The translations under genes were made by a program, and so were the position numbers. Positions 37,554 through 47,035 of a stretch of DNA of 64,000 nucleotides are shown one piece after another. The notes under the pieces were generated by a model. It was not told where the DNA came from. It worked only from the letters and a program-made list of their open reading frames with translations, and made no database searches. This DNA comes from an uncultured Lachnospiraceae bacterium. GTDB lineage: Bacteria; Bacillota; Clostridia; Lachnospirales; Lachnospiraceae. Within the stretch, counting starts at the first letter, position 1, and every line of letters starts with the position of its first letter. Location: contig CACYPS010000036.1 in NCBI GenBank assembly GCA_902776305.1, positions 15,051-79,050 of the forward strand, written 5' to 3'.

Positions 37554-38273
37554 ATGGAAGAGAAACAAAATACAGGCGAAAGCGGGGTTCTTGTTTTGGA
37601 AGCAACCTTCGGCTTTTTCATTACGATAGTAGTAATGTTGTTTCTGCTCAGCATAGGTCTGCTATTGTATCAGCGAGTACTGGTTACTGTAACTGCTAAT
37701 GAAGCTGCCGCGAATATTGCTCAGACTTACAAATTTCAAAAGATATCCGACAATTCAAATATAACTAAAGAAAGTGTGACGAATGTAGTTATATTTCGCG
37801 GTATGTTCAAATGGCTCTATGACGATAAGAATACGTCGAAAGCGTATGCGTATGTTAATTCCAGACTGAAAAAGACGTCGTTGGCCTCTCCCCAGGATAC
37901 TCTCGATGTTACAGTCCACACTGTTCATGATGATATAGGCCGCAATCACTATGAAATCAGAGTTTCGCAGAAATACGTATTCCTATTCGGAGATATTCTG
38001 AATCTGTTCGGACTGCACGGATATGACGAAATATCTGCCGTTTCCCGGGTCGAGGCACAGGACATGATGGGGTATATTTCGACTGTAAAGCTTTACAAGT
38101 ATATAATGGGAAAGACAGAAAAATCCACTTTTGTGAAAATGATAAATAGTGCTTTTGGCATTATTGAAAATGTTATTGATATCGGAAAAAATACAACCGA
38201 TGATGAGTACGCAAAATATCGTGAAGATCAAGCCAAGAAAGAAAAAGAGAAGTCAAAAAAACAGGATAAGTGA
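37554..38273 (+). CDS. TadE-like minor pilin
   Basis: ESG|VLVLE prepilin motif followed by a hydrophobic helix; start may be 37497. Confidence 0.75.
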   Translation: MEEKQNTGESGVLVLEATFGFFITIVVMLFLLSIGLLLYQRVLVTVTANEAAANIAQTYKFQKISDNSNITKESVTNVVIFRGMFKWLYDDKNTSKAYAYVNSRLKKTSLASPQDTLDVTVHTVHDDIGRNHYEIRVSQKYVFLFGDILNLFGLHGYDEISAVSRVEAQDMMGYISTVKLYKYIMGKTEKSTFVKMINSAFGIIENVIDIGKNTTDDEYAKYREDQAKKEKEKSKKQDK

Positions 38274-40903
38274 AGGGGTTCAAGATGCTGACTTGGGTAA
38301 AAAGGTTTTTATGGCGATTTAGAAAGCAGACCAGAGGGATAATTTCGCTTTTCCTTGCATTAACACTGCTCCCTTTTTCTTCTATCGCAATTCTGATTAC
38401 GGAATCGGCCAGATATCAGAATGCAGCAGAGCTTCTGGAAGAAATTATAGACGGATCAGCTTTTTCCACGATAGGTGATTATGATTCGTATCTTGAAGAT
38501 CGTTTTGACCTTCTGGCGACCGGCCAACAGGCAGATGTGTCAGGAAACTTTTCAAAGTATATGAAAAGTAACATAGAAGCGATAGGAAAAAATGCTTCAT
38601 TAGTCTCTGCACAGGCGAGCGGGGACTTCGCTTTATCTGACAAAGATATCCTTAAGGCTCAGATTAAGGAGACCTGTGGGGCGGAGGTAACTATTGAATT
38701 CATAGAAGATGTGGCTGATATTGATGAGCTTCTCAAGAAACTCAGGGAAAGCTTTGGCGGCAATATGGAAAAAACAGTAAAGTCGATGGATGCTCTTCAA
38801 AAGTGTGCGGATGTTACAAAAGATGTCGCTGAAGTTGTCGAGAGTATAAAAGAAGTGTTCGAGATGGAGGATTATTATGAGGCGGTCGAGAAAGATTATC
38901 GCGACAAGTACACTGCGTTTGAAAAAGCTGTTCTCCAGATACCGGTCGAAATAAAAAAGGCTGAGGAAGAAAGAGATAAGGCTCTCAGTGAACAGAATAA
39001 CAGTACGGAGGATTCTTCTGTCGAATCAACAACTGACGGAGGAGATGTTACTCCATCACCTACACCCACACCAAAACCGGTTGAGATGGATCCGTATAAA
39101 TATGAGAACGTTAAAGCTGCTATCCAACAGGCAGATGATGCTGCAGATGAGTACAAATCGGCTGCTTCTACTTTAAAGTCGAAATTTTCCGAACTTGCAA
39201 AAAAGCTAGTCACTATGAATGATAAAATAGTAGGACTTCCTAAAAAGATTTCGTCATCTAAAGAGTCTATAGATAAACTTGTTTCCAAGGATGCTGTGAA
39301 ATCGACGTTTGACTGGGCCGAAGAGATGAGTGCTCAGGCGGGTAAACTGATAATTTCAGGGAATACGGACGCATTAAAAAATAAAGTTGCAGAGAAAGAA
39401 AATCTTGTTTCAGACCAGATAGAGAACCTGAGGTTATTTAACGGTAAAGATATTACAAAATCATGGACACATGATACTTTGGTAGGGAAGGGCTATACTC
39501 CGATTGATCTCAATATAGTGGCGGATAATTTTAAAACAATTTGTGAAACGGTATCAAGAGAAATGGATAGGCTGACGACAACAGAAGGGGATGAAGAAGA
39601 CGCATCTCTCGGAGACCTGCTGACCCTTGCTCATAATATAATGGGTATAAATTTCCTATACGACTCCAATCTGAATGCTCTTGTCACGGACAGTAGTCTG
39701 TTTGTTCAGACAGAGATGAATTGGAATGCTAAGATTATTATCGGCAGCATGCAGAGCCTTGTTTCGAGCGCGTCGAAGTTTGCAGATGCGCTAAAGAAAC
39801 GCTCATCGATAAATCCTTTGGAGCAGCTTATCGCAGTGGCAGAGGGGGTACGTGCACTTTTTGACGTGATTGTTGCTATTGTCCAGTTCGTAGCTGCAGC
39901 GGTAACGTGGGTTGTTGAAGCTATAGTCGGTGGGATAGAACTTATTGGAAATACGGCAAGTGACGGTTTTATGACAACTCTTACTTTAGCCGGTTACGCA
40001 GCATATAATCTGCCGAACCGGGTCACATATGCAGATGGTAAGACATTGAACGGATACAGTTTTTCTAAAGTGTTCAGTGCATCAGGCGGATCATATGGAG
40101 GTGATCAGTCCGGTACTATTGCAATGCTCGAATCGGGATCTATTAATGCGGCAGCATCCGAAGCCGGGATGTTTCGCGGAGCAGAGACTGAGTATGTTTT
40201 AGTCGGAAGTAAAAATGAGATAGAAAACCAGGTTGCCTCTGCGTTTAATCTGTATATGTTTCGCCTTTTTCTTAACTTACCTAATATATTGTTCGGTTCC
40301 GGAGACCCCGGTTCTATGCTGTCTTTTACAAATATAGCGGGATGGATCATTAAGATAGTGACTTTGCTGGTTGAACCGATGCTGGATGTAATTATTCTTC
40401 AGAATGGCGGAAAGCAATACCTGATGAAAGACAGGTTATATCTTTCTCCAAAGGGGATTTTGGCACTGGCAAAAGATCTCGCAGAGGTTTCAGATATATA
40501 TGGTGGCTTGAAAAAGCATATTAATAATTTCGTAGACACTAAAGCCCAGGAATCGATAGATCCTTTTGATGATAAAGGTCAAAAAAAGGATAATAAAACT
40601 ATAAAAAAAGAAACGAGCGCCCTAACTGAGGTGGACGGACTATTTATGATGGACTACACGGAGTATTTGTTGATTCTGTTACTCCTTATGGGAAATAACG
40701 ATATAATTCTTACACGATTGCAGAATATCATTCAGATGGAAGCTGGTGTGCAGGAGAGAGAAAAAAATACTTTTTCACTGAATAAAGCATACACTTATAT
40801 TAAGACAGATGTAGAAGCTAAACTGAATCCCATGTTTAATGTGGATGGATTGGCGGAAAATGGTTTTTATACTGTCAAGCGGACGCAATATATAGGATAT
40901 TAA
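38270..40903 (+). CDS. Large TadG-like (DUF5702-like) pseudopilin/adhesin
   Basis: TRG|IISLFLAL prepilin-like N-terminus; helical middle with PT linker; GAETEYVLVG and DYTEYLLILL motifs. Confidence 0.7.
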   Translation: MKGFKMLTWVKRFLWRFRKQTRGIISLFLALTLLPFSSIAILITESARYQNAAELLEEIIDGSAFSTIGDYDSYLEDRFDLLATGQQADVSGNFSKYMKSNIEAIGKNASLVSAQASGDFALSDKDILKAQIKETCGAEVTIEFIEDVADIDELLKKLRESFGGNMEKTVKSMDALQKCADVTKDVAEVVESIKEVFEMEDYYEAVEKDYRDKYTAFEKAVLQIPVEIKKAEEERDKALSEQNNSTEDSSVESTTDGGDVTPSPTPTPKPVEMDPYKYENVKAAIQQADDAADEYKSAASTLKSKFSELAKKLVTMNDKIVGLPKKISSSKESIDKLVSKDAVKSTFDWAEEMSAQAGKLIISGNTDALKNKVAEKENLVSDQIENLRLFNGKDITKSWTHDTLVGKGYTPIDLNIVADNFKTICETVSREMDRLTTTEGDEEDASLGDLLTLAHNIMGINFLYDSNLNALVTDSSLFVQTEMNWNAKIIIGSMQSLVSSASKFADALKKRSSINPLEQLIAVAEGVRALFDVIVAIVQFVAAAVTWVVEAIVGGIELIGNTASDGFMTTLTLAGYAAYNLPNRVTYADGKTLNGYSFSKVFSASGGSYGGDQSGTIAMLESGSINAAASEAGMFRGAETEYVLVGSKNEIENQVASAFNLYMFRLFLNLPNILFGSGDPGSMLSFTNIAGWIIKIVTLLVEPMLDVIILQNGGKQYLMKDRLYLSPKGILALAKDLAEVSDIYGGLKKHINNFVDTKAQESIDPFDDKGQKKDNKTIKKETSALTEVDGLFMMDYTEYLLILLLLMGNNDIILTRLQNIIQMEAGVQEREKNTFSLNKAYTYIKTDVEAKLNPMFNVDGLAENGFYTVKRTQYIGY

Positions 40904-40927
40904 TCATTGATATGATATAAAAGCGAG

Positions 40928-41524
40928 GTGGAAATGAGTAGAAACAGGGAAAGAGAGTCAGGAGCCATAATTCTCGAAACGAGTATTGTAATTCCGATTT
41001 TTTTATTCTTGATTCTTGGAATTTACGGACTCTTCGTAATCTCTGCGGCTCAGAGCAGGATAACGCATGCTTTGGTGCAGTCTGCGTTAAGTCTTTCGCA
41101 GGATTCCTACGGCAATAGCAAGCTGGACAGTGCAGTAAAAAAGGATGCAACTTTTTATAAAGATTTGACATCGATGGTCACTGATTTACTGCGTATCGGA
41201 AATGATCCTTATTTTACATCAAAATCGGATTGGTATACGGATAGTTACGCAAAAGGTGATAAGCATACATCAGAGGTATCTTTACGCAATCTTACAGTTA
41301 GGGAGAGGTTTGTAGGGTATCTCGCAGGTGACAGAGATTCTGCAGATCAGCTGTTAAAGAGTGTTGGTGTAATAAACGGCCTTAGCGGTGTGAAAATAAC
41401 AAGTACTGTTTCAGGTGAAGATCTGACTATTAATCTTGAATATACGTTACAGTTATGGTTCGATTTTTTCGATGTGGGAAAATTTCCGGTAAAGCAGAGC
41501 TACACAGCAAGGATGTGGAAATAA
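40928..41524 (+). CDS. TadE-family minor pilin
   Basis: ESG|AIILETSI prepilin motif. Confidence 0.8.
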   Translation: MEMSRNRERESGAIILETSIVIPIFLFLILGIYGLFVISAAQSRITHALVQSALSLSQDSYGNSKLDSAVKKDATFYKDLTSMVTDLLRIGNDPYFTSKSDWYTDSYAKGDKHTSEVSLRNLTVRERFVGYLAGDRDSADQLLKSVGVINGLSGVKITSTVSGEDLTINLEYTLQLWFDFFDVGKFPVKQSYTARMWK

Positions 41525-41537
41525 GGGAGGAAATGCA

Positions 41538-42879
41538 ATGAGTGATGATTTTAACTTTGATGTGCCGGGCGGAAACGGTATGCCGAACAACAGAAATGAC
41601 TCGTCCCGGAATAATGATGATGTAGAGGGCTCTTATAAGAGGCTTCTCGGTGATAAGCCGATTACCTGGTTTTGGTTAATGCAGCACTACAGCAAACCGA
41701 ATGCAGCGGCATATAAAGCACAGAAAGAAGCAAGAAAAGCTGCTAAAAAAGCACAGAAGGACGGCCGGAATAAGAATCAAAATCAGAGTGCTCAGAATCA
41801 AAATCAGAACTGGAATCAGAATGTTCAAAATCAAAACCAGAACTGGAATCAGAATGCTCGGGGTCAAAACCAGAACTGGAATCAGAGTGCTCAGAATCAA
41901 AATCAGAACTGGAATCAGAATGCTCAGAATCAAAACCAGAACTGGAATCAGAATGCTCAGAATCAAAACCAGAACTGGAATCAGGGTGCCCAGAACCAGA
42001 ACTGGAATCAGGGTGCCCAGAACCAGAATTGGAATCAGGGTGCTCAGAGTCAAAATCAGGACTGGAGTCAGGGTGCTCAGAATCAAAATCGGAACTGGGA
42101 TCAGAGCTGGAATCAGGGTGCTCAGAATCAAAATCGGAACTGGGATCAGAGCTGGAATCAGGGTGCTCAGAATCAAAATCGGAACTGGGATCAGAGCTGG
42201 AGTCAGAGCACTCAGAATCAAAACCGGAACTGGGATCAGAGCTGGAATCAGAGCGCTCAGAATCAAAACCGGAACTGGGATCAGAGCTGGAATCAGAGCG
42301 CTCAGAATCAATCAAAACCGGAACTGGGATCAGAGCTGGAATCAGAGCGCTCAGAATCAAAACCGGGACACGAACCAGAGCTGGAATCAGGGTGCCCAGA
42401 ACCAGAGCTGGAATCAGAACTGGAATCAAGGTGCTCGGAATCAGCAGGCACAGAATTGGGCACAGCAGAATGTCGGCAATTTCCCGGGTGAGGCAAATGC
42501 TTCTGCTAATATCCATGATGGGAAAACGGTTGTTTTTAATAAAAAAGCAGGATCAGCGGCCGGAAGGAGATCCTTCGATAAAGTGGTTGCGTCAATTGAA
42601 TGTCTTAACTATGACCAATCAATAGATGTCTCGTCATCTCCGTTTTATATTGGTAGAGGTGAAGACTCGGTCGATCTTTGTCTTTCCGGAAATCTTCACA
42701 TTAGTTCAAAACACGTAGAAATCAGTTATGAAAATGGTACTTTTTATATGACCGATCTGGGTTCGGCAAATCATACCTGGTTAAATGACAAACAAATTGC
42801 AGCTAATCAACCGACCATTTTGAGTGATGGAGATCGAATAAGTTTGGCGGATGAGGAATTTATATTCCACAAACGGTAA
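41538..42879 (+). pseudogene. FHA-domain protein with Q/N/W-rich repeat region, interrupted by a 4-bp duplication at 42306-42313
   Basis: Repeats run in the 41538 frame and switch to the 41701 frame at AATCAATC. Removing 4 nt gives a 1338-nt ORF ending in an FHA domain (IGR..SSKH..DLGSAN). Confidence 0.85.
41773..42470 (+). repeat. Coding repeats of 33, 27 and 45 bp
   Basis: QNQNQNWNQNA, QNQNWNQGA and QNQNRNWDQSWNQGA units. Confidence 0.92.
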
Positions 42880-42897
42880 AGGGAGTGCGAAAATCAG

Positions 42898-43980
42898 GTG
42901 AATGATTTTGAGATAATAAATAACGGAAAAACAACATATCTACAGTATCCATTGAAGAAAAATCAAATTATTGACAGTACAAGTTCAGGAATGCTGTTGA
43001 ATAATGACATATTCGGACTGGCTCCGGTATCATTGGGCGATGAGGCGGGTGAGCTTGTCATACGGTATGAAATCGGTCAGCTCGTATCACTTGCAGAGAT
43101 GATTGAGAACGGTCTCTCTGAAGGTGCTATGATATCAATAATGCGAAAGATGACAAAGGTAATAATTCATGCAGAAGACTATCTTCTTGAATTGACCGGG
43201 TACTGTTACGACAAAAAATATGTTTTCCTCGACATGGAGTTGAGAAATATTCGTATGATATTCATACCTGTGGAGAAATATAGTTCCGAAATTAATTTCA
43301 GAGAGTTTTGTAGAAAACTGATAGAAGAGTATTTTGAGAAGTACGGAAGAAACCAGGGATATCTGAAAGAGGTGGACCGGTTTCTGGCACAGGGGAAAGG
43401 GACGCTTACTGAACTGCTTCAACTTCTGGAATCAGAAGAGATGGATATTAAGCTCGGGAAGAAAAAAGGAATCGAGCTGACAAGTGACGAGCGTATACAG
43501 AATGATAAGCCGGAAATAGAGCCGGGAAATGTGTCAGAAGAGAAAAAAGTACGAACTTTAGAAAGAAAAAAGGTAGTTCTTGAGAACTCGAAAAAAGCAG
43601 CAAAAGCAATAGAGGATACCGCATATCGGACGGAGCCTGCATATGTACTTCATAAGCAGACAAATGACGAGATAAGAAGAAAAGCGGGAATAGTCAGAGA
43701 GAGCACACAAGAGGAAATTATTGTCGAAGGAATAAATTTTATCATCGGTCAATCCTCGGAACTGTGTCAGTATAGTGTTACCGGAAATGCAGCAGTCAGC
43801 AATCGACATGCCAGAATTACTAAGAAAAAAGATGGAACATATTGGATAGAGGATCTTTTCTCAACAAATGGAACATTTGTTGATGGAATGCGCATCTATC
43901 AGGGGCATCCGACGGAGCTCAGAAATGGCAGCAGAATTTTCCTCGCCGATGAACAGTTTACATTCCATATCCTTATCTGA
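42898..43980 (+). CDS. DUF6382-like N-terminal domain plus C-terminal FHA domain
   Basis: YLQY..GMLLNNDIFGLAP N-terminus; VSNRHARI and DLFSTNGT at the C-terminus. Confidence 0.8.
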   Translation: MNDFEIINNGKTTYLQYPLKKNQIIDSTSSGMLLNNDIFGLAPVSLGDEAGELVIRYEIGQLVSLAEMIENGLSEGAMISIMRKMTKVIIHAEDYLLELTGYCYDKKYVFLDMELRNIRMIFIPVEKYSSEINFREFCRKLIEEYFEKYGRNQGYLKEVDRFLAQGKGTLTELLQLLESEEMDIKLGKKKGIELTSDERIQNDKPEIEPGNVSEEKKVRTLERKKVVLENSKKAAKAIEDTAYRTEPAYVLHKQTNDEIRRKAGIVRESTQEEIIVEGINFIIGQSSELCQYSVTGNAAVSNRHARITKKKDGTYWIEDLFSTNGTFVDGMRIYQGHPTELRNGSRIFLADEQFTFHILI

Positions 43981-43990
43981 AGGAGAAGGT

Positions 43991-44782
43991 ATGAATTTTA
44001 TCATTTCTGCATCAACAGATGTTGGCATAACTAAAGATACCAATGAGGATAGTGTATTTATACGGCGAATTAAGATGCCTTCGGGGGAAGCTGTTCTTGG
44101 AGTGGTATGCGATGGCGTCGGCGGATTGAATTGCGGAGAGATAGCAAGCGGTTCGGTAGTGGTAGCAATGGACGTCTGGTTCAGAGAAGAGTTTCCTACA
44201 ATATATTTGGGCGGTATGAAGGAACGCGTCCTGTTTCAGAGCTGGCTTGAGCTTGTACAGCGTATGAATATAAAAATCGGAAATTTTGGAAAACGGAATG
44301 GAGTCCGACTCGGAACTACGCTTGTAGCATTCTTAATCGTCGATGATATATACTATATTGTAAATGTCGGGGATTCGAGAGTATATGAACTGACGGATCA
44401 CGTAAATGTACTGACACATGATCAGACTTTGGTCTACAGGGAAGTGGAGTTGGGGCTTTTGACGCAGGAAGAAGCACAGAATGATCCGAGGGGTAATGTC
44501 ATTCTTCAATGTATAGGAGAATCGGATCGGGTTCTGCCGGAATTTTTGAGTGGTCCTGCCCGATTAAATGCAGTTTATATGGCATGTTCGGATGGTTTTC
44601 GGCATAAGATTACAGAATCTGAAATTTTACTCTGCATAGGTCCCAAGAATGTGACAGAATATGATTTCAGGAGCGGAATGGAGCACCTGATTCAGTTAAA
44701 TATTAACAGGAATGAGACAGATAATATTTCTGTTATCGCTGCCAGAACCTATGCGGAGGTAAACGGAGATGGGAAATACTAA
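43991..44782 (+). CDS. PP2C-family Ser/Thr phosphatase 1
   Basis: CDGVGG, NVGDSRVY, CSDGF, DNIS; start at ATG 43991 after AGGAG. Confidence 0.92.
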   Translation: MNFIISASTDVGITKDTNEDSVFIRRIKMPSGEAVLGVVCDGVGGLNCGEIASGSVVVAMDVWFREEFPTIYLGGMKERVLFQSWLELVQRMNIKIGNFGKRNGVRLGTTLVAFLIVDDIYYIVNVGDSRVYELTDHVNVLTHDQTLVYREVELGLLTQEEAQNDPRGNVILQCIGESDRVLPEFLSGPARLNAVYMACSDGFRHKITESEILLCIGPKNVTEYDFRSGMEHLIQLNINRNETDNISVIAARTYAEVNGDGKY

Positions 44783-45077
44783 TGCATATATTCCGGTCAT
44801 TTTGATATTGGCGCTTCTTTTGCTGTTTTGCTGTACGGCACTGCTCTGTATTATGAGAGCGGAAAAGAAAAAAAAGTCGGAGGAAGAGCAGAAAAGAACG
44901 GCGATGCACGAAACGGATGAGAACATGCCTGTGGAGGATAATTCTGGTTCGGCAGAATTTATTATGATGGAAAAAGAGCAGGTGCATTCTGAACCCGATT
45001 ATGTGACGAATGATGAGGCGTCTTTCAGCAACTTACAGACAATCACTCTTGTTCACACGGATACTATTATAGATTGA
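44769..45077 (+). CDS. Small single-TM protein with acidic tail ending ITLVHTDTIID
   Basis: N-terminal hydrophobic helix; overlaps the stop of PP2C-1. Confidence 0.65.
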   Translation: MGNTNAYIPVILILALLLLFCCTALLCIMRAEKKKKSEEEQKRTAMHETDENMPVEDNSGSAEFIMMEKEQVHSEPDYVTNDEASFSNLQTITLVHTDTIID

Positions 45078-45097
45078 GCTGACCGGAGAGAGATATT

Positions 45098-45865
45098 ATG
45101 AGAATAATTATTGCGTCAGGCACAAATTGCGGGAATGACAGAGATATCAATCAGGATAGTTTTCTCGTAAGACAGATGCATATTGACCGTCATCGTGTCG
45201 TATCAGCGATACTGTGTGACGGTATGGGCGGAACTTACAGAGGTGAGGTCGCCAGCGCCTCTGTTGTTAAATCTTTTGATCGTTGGATAGATAATTATCT
45301 TGTCGGAATGATTCGAGAGAATGTTTCCAGAGATGAACTGCGAAAGAGTTGGAAAGTCTGGCTCGATGACATCAGCGGAAAGCTTTACCGCCTGGGAGAT
45401 CAGAAAGGACGGACGGGTACTACAGCAGTAATTCTTCTCGTAATTGATGAGTTGTATTTTATATTGAATGTCGGTGACAGCCGCGTTTACCGGTTCTCAA
45501 AAAGCCAATCGGTTCAGATTACCGAAGACCAGACGATGTTTTCACGTGATATACGCAACGGCAAAATTACAGCAGAAAAAGCTGCGCAGATGACAGGTGC
45601 TAACACTCTTCTTCAGGCAGTAGGGACAACACCTGTGTGCGTACCGGATCTTTATGCAGGAAGGATCACGGAACCGACAGTTTTCATGATGTGTAGCGAC
45701 GGTTTTCGCAACATGATCAGTATGCAGGAATTTAAAGAAGCATTTGTCCCTGATGCTTTTCAGAATAAGTTGCAGATGAAGATGAAAATCGAAGATATGA
45801 TTGAATTAAACCGAAAACGCGGTGAGAAGGATAATATATCAGCTATTCTTGTTAAAGCATTCTAA
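45098..45865 (+). CDS. PP2C-family Ser/Thr phosphatase 2
   Basis: CDGMGG, NVGDSRVY, CSDGF, DNIS. Confidence 0.92.
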   Translation: MRIIIASGTNCGNDRDINQDSFLVRQMHIDRHRVVSAILCDGMGGTYRGEVASASVVKSFDRWIDNYLVGMIRENVSRDELRKSWKVWLDDISGKLYRLGDQKGRTGTTAVILLVIDELYFILNVGDSRVYRFSKSQSVQITEDQTMFSRDIRNGKITAEKAAQMTGANTLLQAVGTTPVCVPDLYAGRITEPTVFMMCSDGFRNMISMQEFKEAFVPDAFQNKLQMKMKIEDMIELNRKRGEKDNISAILVKAF

Positions 45866-45877
45866 TGAGGTGAGGAA

Positions 45878-47023
45878 ATGCTGGCTCCGGGAACGGTAGT
45901 TAGAAATAAATATAGAGTAGAACGGCAGATAGCAGTAGGAGGAATGAGCGAAGTCTACCTGTGTCGGGAAAGAGAGTCCGGTAAAGTATACTGCATGAAG
46001 GAGGCAAATAATGATCCGGATGCAATTAATGCTTTGAATGCTGAAGCGGAGGTTCTTTCAAAGATCAGGCATTGGGGGGTGCCGGCCTTTATAGACGCAT
46101 TTGAGTGGAACGGACATTTCATTTTAGTTATGCAGTATATACAAGGGATATCTCTGTCAGATTACGTCGAGAAATACGGTCCCCAGAAAGAAGAAATTGT
46201 CACTGGGTGGGTTATGCAGATATGCCAGATTCTTGATTATCTCCATACACAGAAGAAACCCATCATTCATCGAGATATTAAGCCGGCAAACATAATGATT
46301 CAAAGCGATGGAAAAATTGCTCTGATAGATTTCGGCGCAGCTCGTGAGTATAAAATCGGAAAAGCCGGTGATACTATATGGCTTGGAACGAGGGGTTATG
46401 CGGCTCCGGAACAATATGGAGGCCAAGGACAGTCGGATGGAAGAAGCGATATATTTGCACTCGGCTGTACTATCTTTTACCTGTTTACGGGAAAGAATCC
46501 GTATGATGTTCCGTCAGAGTTTCCGATGGTCCGACAATTGAACTCCAAAATATCTGTTGAAATGGAAAACATAATCGGGAAATGTGTTCAGTCTTTTTCA
46601 AAGGATAGATTTCAGTCTTGCAAGGAACTGATAGAGGCGCTTTTAGCTAAGACAGACCGGAAAGAGAATATTCTGAACAGAGAAGTTATGGCCTCTGTTG
46701 TTTTAGCGGCATTGGGGGTATTTCTGATTTTCTGGCAGATTGGAAACGGTGTTACGAATCTGCCGCTATTACTTGTAGGCATTGTATCAGGAGTCGTGGC
46801 TGTAATCCTTATTGTTCGAAAAGCACTCACAAGACGACAAAACGCCGCCAAGTACGCGCAGAGTAATAATCACGGAGCATTGCTTCAGCGGCAGGACAAT
46901 CTCGGATCAGGCAGCGTCGCGGGCAAGGGAAGCGGCAGTACCGACGATGGTATAGATTGGATGCGCGGGATTCAAAAAGAGGATGAGGAGTGGTATATTG
47001 CTTCCAATGAATATATCTTGTAA
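45878..47023 (+). CDS. Hanks-type Ser/Thr protein kinase with two C-terminal TM helices
   Basis: MKE lysine, HRDIKPAN, DFG, GTRGYAAPEQ. Confidence 0.93.
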   Translation: MLAPGTVVRNKYRVERQIAVGGMSEVYLCRERESGKVYCMKEANNDPDAINALNAEAEVLSKIRHWGVPAFIDAFEWNGHFILVMQYIQGISLSDYVEKYGPQKEEIVTGWVMQICQILDYLHTQKKPIIHRDIKPANIMIQSDGKIALIDFGAAREYKIGKAGDTIWLGTRGYAAPEQYGGQGQSDGRSDIFALGCTIFYLFTGKNPYDVPSEFPMVRQLNSKISVEMENIIGKCVQSFSKDRFQSCKELIEALLAKTDRKENILNREVMASVVLAALGVFLIFWQIGNGVTNLPLLLVGIVSGVVAVILIVRKALTRRQNAAKYAQSNNHGALLQRQDNLGSGSVAGKGSGSTDDGIDWMRGIQKEDEEWYIASNEYIL

Positions 47024-47035
47024 CAGGAGGGGCGA

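Noticed and set aside
41701-42305. IRIKIRTG-repeat N-terminus of ORF 41701-42879 and the ESG/SES ORF 42029-42625
   Set aside because: Alternative frames of the Q/N/W repeat; only the part after the 42306-42313 duplication is the real reading frame.
45519-45527. TTACCGAAG half-site inside the low-GC block
   Set aside because: Single 9-mer within a PP2C coding sequence, with no partner arm; expected by chance.
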